This document shows, piece after piece, positions 8,229 through 17,793 of a stretch of DNA of 64,000 bases. The stretch's first letter is position 1, and each line of letters starts with the position of its first letter. Under the pieces are notes generated by a model. That model worked only from the letters and a program-made list of their open reading frames with translations, was not told the DNA's origin and made no database searches. Origin of the DNA: an uncultured Chloroflexia bacterium (GTDB taxonomy: Bacteria > Chloroflexota > Limnocylindria > Limnocylindrales > CSP1-4); assembly GCA_963828165.1 (NCBI GenBank), contig CAWHDR010000001.1, positions 2,496,001 through 2,560,000 on the forward strand. Reading direction: 5' to 3'. The position numbers and the translations under genes are program-made.

Positions 8229-9476
8229 CTAGCTCGGTGAGGCGCTGGCGGCGGGAGCGGCGCTGGTCCCTGGCGAGGCACTCGTTCCGGGTTCCGGGTT
8301 CGCGGCTGGCACCTTGCCGTCCTTGATGACGACCTTCGATCCCTTGGGCAGGACCTGGACGAAGGTCTGACCGACCGTCAGCGTGACGGGCTCCCCCGAA
8401 GCGTCGTAGAACCGGGTGGGTTTGGACATGCCGGTCTTGCGCCAGGTGCCTTTGATCGTGCGGCCGTTCGTGGCGATCCACGCGGTGCCCGAGCCGATCA
8501 CGTCGGCCTCGAGTCGGTGCTTGTTGCTGCCGTCGTTGAGCGGCCCGAAGGACATGAGCATCACGACGACGTTCTTGGGCGCCACCTGTTTGTCGTCGGC
8601 GCGATCGATCTGCGTCTTCGACCCGCTGACCGAGCGCTTGTACGTGTTCGTGTTGCGGTCGTAGCGGTATGTGATGTCGTTCCAGGCGTAGGAGACCGAG
8701 ATCCGGCCGCCATTCGGGCGATCGACCGGCGATGCGTCCGGACCGAATCGCCAGGCAGCCTTGTACGGGCCGTCCTTTGCCCCGATGCGCTTGGCCAGCT
8801 TCCGCAGCTCCTTGCCGGTCGTGTACACGTTGTGCGGAGAGAAGCGATCCGTCGCCCGGTGGTAGTAGATGTTGCCCCAGCGGAACTCGTCGGCGTTGTA
8901 GACGAGCTGGCCGTTCCCCTGATTCCGCAACGTCTGCAACGCCTGGGGCGACCCGCCCGAGTGGCCGTACACCGCCGCCCATTCGGCCGCCCACGCGATG
9001 TAGTACTGCCGCGCGCTGCGCACCGGTCCGACGGCTCCGGGAACCACGTCCTGGAAGATGAGCATGTAGCGGGGGATGCCACCTTCAGCCGGCGCCTGCC
9101 ACACGACCGACGCCGCGTTGAAGCCGGACTGCGGCCGGGCGTCGGGATGGTCGTCGATCATGATCGCGATCGCGTGCCGCTTCGCCACGGCGGCCGACAC
9201 GTAGCGTCCGGTCAGGGGTGCCCGGCTGAGCGGTTTCGGTGTCGGCCTTGGCGTGGGGGTCGGGGTGGGGACCGGCGTGGGTGCCGGGCTCGGGGTCGTG
9301 GTCGGGTTCGGCGTGGGGGAGGGGCTCGGGGACGCGTCCGCCGTGATGGACGATGATGGGCTCGGCGACGGCGCAGCCCCGGCCGCGAGCACGCCAAGGC
9401 CGGCCCCGGCCAACAGGGCGAGCGCGAGCCCGCCGATGACGATGATCGTGCCCATCCCGGATGGACGACGTTGCAT
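8229..9476 (-). CDS. DUF3048 domain membrane-anchored protein
   Basis: N-terminal TM, Pro/Thr linker, IDDHPDARPQSG, EGGIPRY, GPVRSAR and PHNVY motifs. Confidence 0.85.
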   Translation of the reverse strand: MQRRPSGMGTIIVIGGLALALLAGAGLGVLAAGAAPSPSPSSSITADASPSPSPTPNPTTTPSPAPTPVPTPTPTPRPTPKPLSRAPLTGRYVSAAVAKRHAIAIMIDDHPDARPQSGFNAASVVWQAPAEGGIPRYMLIFQDVVPGAVGPVRSARQYYIAWAAEWAAVYGHSGGSPQALQTLRNQGNGQLVYNADEFRWGNIYYHRATDRFSPHNVYTTGKELRKLAKRIGAKDGPYKAAWRFGPDASPVDRPNGGRISVSYAWNDITYRYDRNTNTYKRSVSGSKTQIDRADDKQVAPKNVVVMLMSFGPLNDGSNKHRLEADVIGSGTAWIATNGRTIKGTWRKTGMSKPTRFYDASGEPVTLTVGQTFVQVLPKGSKVVIKDGKVPAANPEPGTSASPGTSAAPAASASPS

Positions 9477-9617
9477 GGATCCCCTCAGCTGCCGACTGAC
9501 TCCACATCAGATCGACCGCGCGCAGGATAGCGGACGGACGCGCGCGACGCGTTGTGGCGGTACGCTGGCGGTTCGTCGCGGAAACATGCGCAGGACGCCC
9601 GCACCTGGAGGGGATCG

Positions 9618-10178
9618 ATGACCACCGAACCGACGATGCCCAAGGTCACCCCAGCGCGGGTGAAGACGTCTAAAGCGGTCACCGCGCCCGAGACGCTCCA
9701 GGCCGACCGCGTCGAGATCTCGCAAGGTGGCGTCGACCGCGTCGAGGCGACCTCCGTCTCCATCCATCAGGGCGGCATCGGAACGGCTGCCGCGACCACC
9801 ATCGACGTGCACCAGGGCGGCATCCAGCGCGCGACCGCGACGGACATCGCCGTGAGCCAGGGTGGGATCGTGCTCGCGCAGGGGAACCGGGTGTCGCTCG
9901 AGATGGGCGGCGTGGGCGCGGCCGTTGGCGACGAGGTGCGGGTGACCCAGTCGATAGCGGGCTTCGTGGCCGCCCGCGGGGACGCGACGGTGGACCAGAG
10001 CCTCGTCAGCACGCTCATCGCCGACCGGGTCACGATGCGTCAGCCGAGCGCCGTGCTCGTGCTCATCGCCCGACAGGTGGACGGGACCGTTCGTCCGCTG
10101 CTCGACTGGCGTGGCGCGATCGCCGCCGGGGCAGCGGCTGGCCTCGTTCTCGGAGTGTTTCGGGCGATCCGCCGCTGA
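9618..10178 (+). CDS. Hypothetical protein with 15-aa repeats (beta-solenoid-like) and a C-terminal membrane anchor
   Basis: Recurring A..V.I.QGG[IV] units; hydrophobic tail; GGAGG RBS. Confidence 0.7.
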   Translation: MTTEPTMPKVTPARVKTSKAVTAPETLQADRVEISQGGVDRVEATSVSIHQGGIGTAAATTIDVHQGGIQRATATDIAVSQGGIVLAQGNRVSLEMGGVGAAVGDEVRVTQSIAGFVAARGDATVDQSLVSTLIADRVTMRQPSAVLVLIARQVDGTVRPLLDWRGAIAAGAAAGLVLGVFRAIRR

Positions 10179-10237
10179 TCGACCTGCTCGGGCCGGGCTT
10201 CGGGCCGCCAGGCGTGGGGCCGCACCGGCCCTGCGTT

Positions 10238-10948
10238 CTAGGGCGTGGTCTCGATCGTCGCGTCGAACTCCGCCGCCGGCGCCGGCCCGTCGAACGTCAG
10301 CCGCAGCACGTGTCCCACGCCGCCCAGCGCGTCGCCTTCGCAGGCCGCCCGGAACATCCGCAGGGTCCGGCCGTCGGCGTTGATCACGAGCTGGTGACCG
10401 GTGTCACACGTGGCGCCGGCCCAGGTGAGGATGACCACGGCGGGGTCGGCGGGGTCGTTCTCGACCCGGACCAGGTCCTGCTCGACGTCCACGCCGTCGC
10501 CCGGGTCGCCCGAGATCGCCTCGATCATCGTGGACGATTCGTCGGTGATCTCGATGAAGGCGTCGTCTCCGAGGTGCTCGATCAGGTCCACGCGGAGCGT
10601 GGCAGGCCCCGACGGCACCGCCGATGGCGTGACCGACGGCGACGGGCTCACGACCGGCGGCACGACCGCCGGATCCCGATCGAACCAACCGCCGATCGCG
10701 GCCCCCGCCACGGCGGCGGCGAGCAGCAGGCCGACGGCCGCGACGAGCGGCAGTGGCTGGGCCGGCCATCCGAGTCTGAACCCGCCACTCCCCATCGGGT
10801 CGCGGCGAACTGCGGCCAGGGGATCCCGCCGGCGTGGGTGCGTGCGCGCATGCGCGAGGGCCGCTTCGATCGTCCGCTCCGGCAGTCGACCCTGCGTGTC
10901 CTGGAACCACGCGGCGATCCGCCGGTCCTGGTCGTTGGGGGTGGTCAT
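10238..10948 (-). CDS. Putative anti-sigma factor (single TM)
   Basis: ATGA overlap with the ECF sigma; short cytoplasmic N-terminus, TM helix, extracellular domain with two Cys. Confidence 0.6.
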   Translation of the reverse strand: MTTPNDQDRRIAAWFQDTQGRLPERTIEAALAHARTHPRRRDPLAAVRRDPMGSGGFRLGWPAQPLPLVAAVGLLLAAAVAGAAIGGWFDRDPAVVPPVVSPSPSVTPSAVPSGPATLRVDLIEHLGDDAFIEITDESSTMIEAISGDPGDGVDVEQDLVRVENDPADPAVVILTWAGATCDTGHQLVINADGRTLRMFRAACEGDALGGVGHVLRLTFDGPAPAAEFDATIETTP

Positions 10949-11511
10949 GCCGAGCGCTCCTTCCCGTGGTCCGCGCGGGCGTGGGCTTCGAGCGTGGCGC
11001 GGAGCGCCTGGCTCGCGTAATGGAGGCGGGAACCGGCCGTCCCGACCGGGATGCCGAGCACGTCCGCGATCTCCTGGGAGGACAGGCCGGCGAAGTGGTG
11101 GAGGGTCAGGATCGCGCGCTGTTCCGGCTTGAGCTGGCGGAAGCCGCGCTCGACCTCGTCCCGATCGGCGACCGAGCCGAATTCGTCGGGTGAACGGGAC
11201 GCGTCGGCGTCGGCGGGGAGCAGCCGGACGAGCGCTCCGCCGCCGGGACCCCGGCGCTCGCGCTTCGCGGCGGCGATGCTGGCTCGCGCGATCAGTCGAT
11301 AGGTCCACGCGTCGAACCGCTCGGGATCGCGCAGCCTCGGGAGCTCGTCCCAGATCGTCACGAGGGTCTGCTGCACGGCGTCCTCCGCGAGGTGGTGGTC
11401 GCGCAGGATCCGGTGGGCGATCGCGAACAGGCGGTCGGCCGACAGGCGGACCAGGCCCTCGAAGGCCTCCTGGTCGCCGCGCGCCGCCCGTTCCACCAGA
11501 TCTCGTTGCAC
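10945..11511 (-). CDS. ECF RNA polymerase sigma factor
   Basis: GDQEAF, AEDAVQQ, FDAWTYR and region 4 EIADVLGIPVGTAGSRLHYA. Confidence 0.92.
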   Translation of the reverse strand: MQRDLVERAARGDQEAFEGLVRLSADRLFAIAHRILRDHHLAEDAVQQTLVTIWDELPRLRDPERFDAWTYRLIARASIAAAKRERRGPGGGALVRLLPADADASRSPDEFGSVADRDEVERGFRQLKPEQRAILTLHHFAGLSSQEIADVLGIPVGTAGSRLHYASQALRATLEAHARADHGKERSA

Positions 11512-11770
11512 GATCGCTCGTCTCCTGCTGTGGTCGTTCGCCGAGTATGGGGAGGTCGCCGGCGCTTTCCTTCAATGTTGCTTGGCGAGTCTTGCGCACA
11601 CCACGCTCGTATCGACGAACGAAGACTCCGAATCACCGGATTTGGGATCGCTCGTTGACCCGGGCATGCGCCAGAGTCACATCCAGGGAACGAACGCCCG
11701 CGAACCGTTGTCCGTTCGCTGATAGGCGCATCCCGTGCACGACCGAAGGCTGGAAAGTCGTGGCAGCGTT

Positions 11771-11787
11771 TCTCAGGACGGTCTCAG
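11771..11787 (+). promoter_or_regulatory. TCTCAG-N5-TCTCAG direct repeat (MprA-box-like) upstream of the HtrA gene
   Basis: tctcag gacgg tctcag ends 23 bp before the ATG at 11811. Confidence 0.55.
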
Positions 11788-11810
11788 GCTTCGAGGCTGT
11801 ACTGATGGTC

Positions 11811-12800
11811 ATGGAGACCTTCGACCGCACCACCGATCTCAACCCAGGCAGCACCTCCGCCTTCGTGGTCGAACCATTCACACCGGTCCGTCCGTCCTCC
11901 CCGGCCGGATCGTCAGCGGCGACGCTCGTCGGTGAGCCCATCGCGACCCCCCAAGGAACGGCGACCTCCTCCCGTCCGTTCCGTGGCCGATGGCTCGCCG
12001 GCGTCCTCGCCGTGTCCATGCTTTCCGCGGTGGTGGGGTCGGTCGGGACGGTCGGGCTGCTCACCGGGCTGGGGGGCATGGGCGCCGGCCCCGGCACGGG
12101 CCCGGCCAGCGCCACGAACACCGCTGCGAACCCGGCCGGCGTTGCGTCCGCGGACGCCGTCGTGGCGGTCGCCGACTCGGCGAGCCCGGCCGTCGTGACG
12201 ATCACCGTGGACTCGGCCGGAGAGGCCGGATACGGACCGTTCTCGGTGCCATCGACCGGCGTCGGATCGGGCTTCGTCTTCGATGCGTCGGGTCTGATCC
12301 TCACGAACCATCACGTCATCGAGGGCAGCGACCGGATCACCGTCACGTTCAAGGACGGCTCGGAGCTGGCCGGGACCGTCGTCGCCAGCGACAGCACCCA
12401 CGACCTCGCGGTCGTCAAGGTCGACCCGGCCACGCCATTGCCGACGATCCCGATCGGCGACTCCTCGGCCCTGAAGGTCGGCCAGCGGGTGATCGCCATC
12501 GGCAGCCCGTTGGGCACGTTCACCGAATCGGTCACGTCCGGGATCCTGTCGGCGACCGGCCGGACGATCGAGGTCGGCTCCCCGAACAGCCGCCAGACGT
12601 CCACGATGACCGGCCTCCTGCAGACGGACGCCTCCATCAACCCCGGCAATAGCGGTGGCCCGCTGCTCGATGACACGGGCGCGGTCATCGGAGTCAACTC
12701 GGCGGCCGCCCAGAGCGCGCAGGGCATCGGATTCGCCGTCCCGATCGACGTGGCCGCCGACATCATGGCCCAGGCTCGCGCGAAGGTCGGGATCGTCTAG
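11811..12800 (+). CDS. HtrA/S1C trypsin-like serine protease, membrane-anchored, no PDZ domain
   Basis: GSGF, TNHHV, DLAV and QTDASINPGNSGGPL catalytic motifs. Confidence 0.92.
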   Translation: METFDRTTDLNPGSTSAFVVEPFTPVRPSSPAGSSAATLVGEPIATPQGTATSSRPFRGRWLAGVLAVSMLSAVVGSVGTVGLLTGLGGMGAGPGTGPASATNTAANPAGVASADAVVAVADSASPAVVTITVDSAGEAGYGPFSVPSTGVGSGFVFDASGLILTNHHVIEGSDRITVTFKDGSELAGTVVASDSTHDLAVVKVDPATPLPTIPIGDSSALKVGQRVIAIGSPLGTFTESVTSGILSATGRTIEVGSPNSRQTSTMTGLLQTDASINPGNSGGPLLDDTGAVIGVNSAAAQSAQGIGFAVPIDVAADIMAQARAKVGIV

Positions 12801-12888
12801 CCAGGGCCCGGCCGCCGCTTCAGCCGGGCCAGGCTGCCGGCCCGTCAGCCGGCTGGATCCCGAATTCGCGGCATACTGGTCGACCGTC

Positions 12889-13785
12889 ATGGTCATCCGC
12901 GTCTTGCCAACCCTCCGCCGCACCCTCGCGCTCCTCGTGCTCGCGGCCACCGTGGTCGCTGGCTGCACGCCGGGCGGTGGCGGCGCGTCGCCGACGTCGG
13001 AGGCCACGACCGCGGTGGCACGGACCGGGGAGCCGGCACGGACCGGGGAGCCGGCACGGACCGAGACGGGGCAGCCGGCACCGAGCGACGACGGCGCGAC
13101 AGCCGGTGAGCCTGGCCCGAGCGCGACCGTCGAGCCGTCACCGAGCGCGACTCCGACCCGCTCGCCCCGAAGCGAGGCCGCTGAGGCCGAGCGAAAGCCA
13201 TTCGCGATGAACCTCTACCGCAAGGGCGATTTCGTCGCTCAGTACAACTTCGAGTTGTGCGTCGGCGCGAGCCTGCAGATGGCGCTCAACATGGCCACCG
13301 ACGATTCGCGGACCTCTCGAACGGATCAGCAGCGCCTCTGGGAGATGGCGCGCGACACGAGTTTCAGTCCGTTCGGCGGCGCCAATCCACGGGGCTGGAC
13401 GGCTACGCTCAACGAGCTCGGCATCGGACCGTACGAGCTCGTTTCGATCCCGACCTTCGAAGGCGCCCTGGACGTCGCCGCCGAAGCCATCCGGGCGACC
13501 AAGCGACCCGTCGGTCTGGTCATGTGGCGCGGCCGCCATGCCTGGGTGATGAGCGGGTTCGAGTCGAGCGCGGACCCGCGCAAGTTCGACGACTTCGATG
13601 TCACCGGTATCCGTGTCCTCGACCCGCTGTATCCGCACGGCAGCTCGGTGTGGGGCCGGAGCCCCAAGCCGAACACGCTCGTCTCGCCCGCGACACTTGC
13701 CAAGCAGTTCGTCATCCGTGACAGCACGCGCGTGAACCTCGGCGTGCCGCCCGGCTACCTGCTGGTCCTGCCCGTCGTCGGATGA
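12889..13785 (+). CDS. Lipoprotein with a putative C39-like cysteine peptidase domain
   Basis: Lipobox VAGC; Q..CVGAS, GRHAWV and DPLYP pattern; 18-bp ARTGEP tandem repeat at about 13018-13065. Confidence 0.55.
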   Translation: MVIRVLPTLRRTLALLVLAATVVAGCTPGGGGASPTSEATTAVARTGEPARTGEPARTETGQPAPSDDGATAGEPGPSATVEPSPSATPTRSPRSEAAEAERKPFAMNLYRKGDFVAQYNFELCVGASLQMALNMATDDSRTSRTDQQRLWEMARDTSFSPFGGANPRGWTATLNELGIGPYELVSIPTFEGALDVAAEAIRATKRPVGLVMWRGRHAWVMSGFESSADPRKFDDFDVTGIRVLDPLYPHGSSVWGRSPKPNTLVSPATLAKQFVIRDSTRVNLGVPPGYLLVLPVVG

Positions 13786-14029
13786 CGACGACGTTCGTGG
13801 AGGTTCCGGGCAGCCGCCTCCAGGTCGTCGATGAGGGCGGTCCGAAAGACCCGCCGGTCGTGCTGCTCCACGCCGGCATCGCGGACCTGCGCGCCTGGGA
13901 CGACGTCGTGCCGCCACTCCACTCGGCGGGCTCTCGCCCGACGGCGCCCACATGATCGGGATGGAGATCCCGGACGAACTCGCTCGATTGATCGTCGGGT
14001 TCCTCGCGCCGCTTGCGCCCTGGTCGTGA
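13782..14029 (+). pseudogene. Internally deleted alpha/beta hydrolase remnant
   Basis: N-terminal MTTTFVEVPGSRLQVVDEGGPKDPPVVLLHAGIADLRAWDDV joined out of frame to C-terminal PDGAHMIGMEIPDELARLIVGFLAPLAPWS*; catalytic core missing. Confidence 0.75.
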
Positions 14030-15294
14030 TCGCCGGACGGCTGCGAACGCCCCTCGTTGGGATCCTGGCGGTAGTCCTGGCCGCCTGCGGCGGGGTCGCC
14101 CCGACCGCTGATGGAGCTCCCGTGGGCGAGCCGACGACCGCCGCCGCCACCGTCCGTCCGACGATCGCGCCGATCCCCGGTCACGAGGTCTACGGCTTCG
14201 TGCCGTACTGGGAGATGGACGATTCGATCGTCGACCACGTTGGTGCGACCGATCTCACGACCCTGGCCCTGTTCTCCGTGACACATCGGCGCAACGGGGA
14301 GCTGGACGACTCGCAGAACGGCTATCGGAGGATCTCGGGCGATGTAGGGCGGCGCCTGGCCCGTGCCGCGCAGGACCGCGGCGCCCGCGTCGAGCTCGTG
14401 TACACGAGCTTCGGTCCGGACAAGAACCGCCAGTTCTACGCGGAGCCCGAGGCCCAGACGCGCTGGATCGAGGTGCTCGTCCAGCTCGTCGACGAGCTCG
14501 GACTCGATGGCATCAACGTCGACGTCGAGAGTCTCCCGGCCGAGCACCTGCTCGACTACGGGGCCTTCGTCGGTCGCCTTCGAGACGCCTTGCGATCGCG
14601 CCTGCCCGACGCGCAGGTCTCGGTCGCGACCCAGGCGAACGAGCTCGGGGCGGGGATGGCCGCCGCCGCCGCTTCGGCGGGCGCGGACCGCATCTTCCTG
14701 ATGGGCTACGACTACCACTGGGCCGGGTCCGATCCCGGTGCCTCGGCGCCGATCGATCGGCTCGACGGCGAGCCGCGCGATCTGGTCTGGTCCCTCGACC
14801 TGTACGCCACGCTCGGCGTGCCGGTCGATCGGACGATCCTGGGTCTGCCGCTGTACGGGATGACGTGGCCGGTCATCGGCCCGGGCGTTGGGTCTCCAGC
14901 CACGGGTCGTGGCGACAACTGGGTGCCGCGCTGGAACCTTTCGACCTTTGCCGACCCATCGTTCGCACCGATGCTCGAGCCGGTCCAGAGCGTCGAGTTC
15001 TACTCGCTGCCCATCTCTGGAGCCTCTTCACGGTCGCCGGGGAGTGGCTCTTCCGAGGGCGCGGGGCCATTGTCGAGCGGCGAGGCATTCGCCAGCCTGC
15101 CTGCCATCGAGCCGGATCCCGGCTGGAACGCCGTGTACTACGACTCGCCTCGGAGCCTCACGCCGAAGCTGCTGCTCGCCGACGACCGTGGTCTGGCCGG
15201 AGCCGGATTCTGGGCGATCGGCTACGAGCGCGGCCTACCCGATTACACGGAGCTCATCGCCACGTTCCGTGCCGGCGATCTCCAGGCGCCCTGA
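14026..15294 (+). CDS. Glycoside hydrolase family 18 lipoprotein
   Basis: Lipobox LAAC; DGINVDVE catalytic motif, MGYDY, ILGLPLYG, GFWAIG. Confidence 0.88.
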   Translation: MIAGRLRTPLVGILAVVLAACGGVAPTADGAPVGEPTTAAATVRPTIAPIPGHEVYGFVPYWEMDDSIVDHVGATDLTTLALFSVTHRRNGELDDSQNGYRRISGDVGRRLARAAQDRGARVELVYTSFGPDKNRQFYAEPEAQTRWIEVLVQLVDELGLDGINVDVESLPAEHLLDYGAFVGRLRDALRSRLPDAQVSVATQANELGAGMAAAAASAGADRIFLMGYDYHWAGSDPGASAPIDRLDGEPRDLVWSLDLYATLGVPVDRTILGLPLYGMTWPVIGPGVGSPATGRGDNWVPRWNLSTFADPSFAPMLEPVQSVEFYSLPISGASSRSPGSGSSEGAGPLSSGEAFASLPAIEPDPGWNAVYYDSPRSLTPKLLLADDRGLAGAGFWAIGYERGLPDYTELIATFRAGDLQAP

Positions 15295-15338
15295 CCGCGC
15301 GTACCGTCCTTCTGGGTGCGTTTCCCGCCCAAAGGCTT

Positions 15339-15371
15339 GATTGCAACTCGATTGCAACTCGGCTGCAAGGT
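15339..15371 (+). promoter_or_regulatory. Candidate operator upstream of the sugar ABC operon
   Basis: gattgcaactc twice in tandem plus a degenerate third copy; also reads as the dyad TGCAA-ctcga-TTGCA. Confidence 0.5.
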
Positions 15372-15474
15372 CGCCCGAAGAGGGGGTCAAGGCCGGCGTC
15401 GAGTCGCCTGACTACGCTGAGGCAACGTCGTCGCCCGGGTCCGACCCCCAGCCCGTGTGCGCGGAGGAGCATCG

Positions 15475-16779
15475 ATGGATACATCGCGCATCTCGTGGCG
15501 CGTTTTCGCGCTGGTCTGTGCACTGGTCCTGGCGATCAGCGCGTGCGGCACCAATGAGCAAGGCGGGTCGGCTGCGCCTGACGCGACCACCGCCAATGAA
15601 CCAGGCCCCTCGGGTGCCCCGGCCGGGTCGCCTGCCGCGGTAAGCGGCGAGGTCACCGTGTGGGCCATGGGCAATGAAGGCACGAAGCTCGGCGTGATGG
15701 CCGACAAGTTCATGGCGGCCAACCCGGACGTGAAGGTCAGCGTGACCCCGGTCGACTGGGGCCAGGCGGTCGCGAAGCTGCAGACCGCGATCGGTGGCGG
15801 CGAGACCCCGGATGTGAGCCAGATGGGTACCGACATGATGGGCCAGTTCGTGGAGACGGGCGCCCTCGAGGCGGTGCCGGCTGATATCGACCCGAGCGGC
15901 TTCTTCGAAAGCGCCTGGCAGACGAACGTCGTCGACGGTCAGGCCTACGGCGTCCCGTGGTACGTCGAGACGCGCGTCCTCTACTACCGGACCGACGTGG
16001 CCGAGAAGGCCGGGATCACGGCCCCACCGACCACCTGGGATGAGCTGAAGGCGATGGCCAAGGGGATGCAAGCCGAGGGTGGCGCCGAGTACGGCATCGC
16101 GCTCGGAACGAAGAATGGGCAGGAGTACCTGCCCTTCGTCTGGTCGAACGGCGGCGACGTCATCGGCGCCGACGGGGCCTTCGCGCTCGATTCCCCGCAG
16201 GCGGTCGAGGCCCTCACGTTCTACGACTCGTTCTTCGAGGAAGGACTGACCCCCACGTCCGTCCCTGAAGGGTTCGACATCACGCCGGCCTTCGTCGCCG
16301 GCACGCACCCCATGTTCTTCTCCGGCCCGTGGCACCTGGGCCTCATCACCGAGGCCGGTGGCGCCGACATCGATGGCAAGTGGGCGATCGCCCCGATGCC
16401 CAAGAAGACGACCGGGACATCCTTCGTCGGCGGCAGCAACCTCGTCGTCTTCAAGGACAGCCCGAACAAGGAGGCCGCCTGGGCCTTCGTGAAGTTCATG
16501 GCGGATCCCGCGAATCAGGTCGCCTGGTACGACGAGGCGACCGTGCTGCCAGCCGTCCAGCGTGCCTGGGACGACCCGGCCCTCGCGGGTGACGAGAACG
16601 TCGCGGTCTTCGGCGAGCAGCTCCAGGACACGAAGGCCCCGCCGGCGATCCCGACCTGGAACGAGGTGTCGACGGCGATCAACGACAACCTCGAGAAGGT
16701 CACGACCGGCGATGTCGCTCCCGCCGAAGGGGCGAAGTCGATGGAGGAGGAGGCCACCGCCATCGGCACGGGCCGGTAG
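15475..16779 (+). CDS. Sugar ABC transporter substrate-binding lipoprotein
   Basis: Lipobox ISAC; TPDV, YGVPWYVETRVLYYRTD, PTTWDEL; GGAGG RBS. Confidence 0.92.
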   Translation: MDTSRISWRVFALVCALVLAISACGTNEQGGSAAPDATTANEPGPSGAPAGSPAAVSGEVTVWAMGNEGTKLGVMADKFMAANPDVKVSVTPVDWGQAVAKLQTAIGGGETPDVSQMGTDMMGQFVETGALEAVPADIDPSGFFESAWQTNVVDGQAYGVPWYVETRVLYYRTDVAEKAGITAPPTTWDELKAMAKGMQAEGGAEYGIALGTKNGQEYLPFVWSNGGDVIGADGAFALDSPQAVEALTFYDSFFEEGLTPTSVPEGFDITPAFVAGTHPMFFSGPWHLGLITEAGGADIDGKWAIAPMPKKTTGTSFVGGSNLVVFKDSPNKEAAWAFVKFMADPANQVAWYDEATVLPAVQRAWDDPALAGDENVAVFGEQLQDTKAPPAIPTWNEVSTAINDNLEKVTTGDVAPAEGAKSMEEEATAIGTGR

Positions 16780-16781
16780 TC

Positions 16782-17780
16782 ATGACCCAACGCGCTGACC
16801 CGGTCGGGCCACCACGCTCGACCGGGTCGGTCCGCGAACCGGTCGCCGCACCCGCGCTCGCGGGCGCGATGGCGACGGCGAGGATGCGCCGGGAACCGCG
16901 CATCAGCCTGCGCCAGCACCTCACTGGCTGGGGTTTCGCCCTGCCGTTCGTGATCATCTTCGTGGTGTTCATGGCCGGGCCGATCGTCGCGTCGCTCGTC
17001 TTGAGCTTCACCGATTTCGGCCTGCGCGACCTGCGCAACCCGCTCGGCACCAACTTCATCGGGCTGGACAACTACATCGAGCTCGCGGGCGACCCGACGT
17101 TCCGCATCGCTCTCGTCAACACGGCCTACTTCGTCATCGTCGGCGTGCCCCTGACCCTTGGGCTCGGACTGGCGGTGGCGCTCGCTCTCGACCGTGGGAT
17201 CCGACAGTTCAGGACCATGTTCCGGGTGGGCTACTACCTGCCCGTGGTCACGAGCATCGTCGCGGTCGCGGTCGTGTGGCGATTCGTCCTCAACCCGGAT
17301 TACGGCCTGCTCAACATGACTCTCGGCGCGATCGGCATCGATGGGCCCGACTGGCTCGGCTCGCCCATCCTCGCCATGCCCTCGCTCATCGTGATGGCCG
17401 CGTGGCGGAACCTCGGCTTTGCCATGGTGCTGTTCCTCGCCGGGCTCCAGACCATCCCCGTCCAGCTGTACGAGGCAGCGTCGATCGACGGGGCCGGTCG
17501 CTGGGCTGCCTTCAAGTCGGTGACCCTGCCCCTGCTTCGGCCGACCCTGCTGTTCGCGGTCGTCATCACGACGATCGGGTACCTCCAGGTCTTCGAGGAA
17601 CCGTTCGTCATGACGGACGGCGGCCCGTTGGATCGGACGCTGTCCGTGTCGATGTTCATGTACGAAGAGGGGTTCGAGTTCTTCCACCAGGGATACGCGG
17701 CCGCGATCGCCTGGGTCCTGTTCGTGCTCGTCGCGATCGTCGCGGTCGTCCAGTTCCGCTTGTTGCGGTCGCAGACATGA
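16782..17780 (+). CDS. Sugar ABC transporter permease (MalF-like)
   Basis: FIGLDNY; EAA loop LYEAASIDGA. Confidence 0.92.
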   Translation: MTQRADPVGPPRSTGSVREPVAAPALAGAMATARMRREPRISLRQHLTGWGFALPFVIIFVVFMAGPIVASLVLSFTDFGLRDLRNPLGTNFIGLDNYIELAGDPTFRIALVNTAYFVIVGVPLTLGLGLAVALALDRGIRQFRTMFRVGYYLPVVTSIVAVAVVWRFVLNPDYGLLNMTLGAIGIDGPDWLGSPILAMPSLIVMAAWRNLGFAMVLFLAGLQTIPVQLYEAASIDGAGRWAAFKSVTLPLLRPTLLFAVVITTIGYLQVFEEPFVMTDGGPLDRTLSVSMFMYEEGFEFFHQGYAAAIAWVLFVLVAIVAVVQFRLLRSQT

Positions 17781-17793
17781 CGGAAACGCCCCG

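Noticed and set aside
9240-9370. Pro/Thr/Ser repeats here and the 18-bp repeat at about 13018
   Set aside because: Ordinary low-complexity linkers of exported proteins
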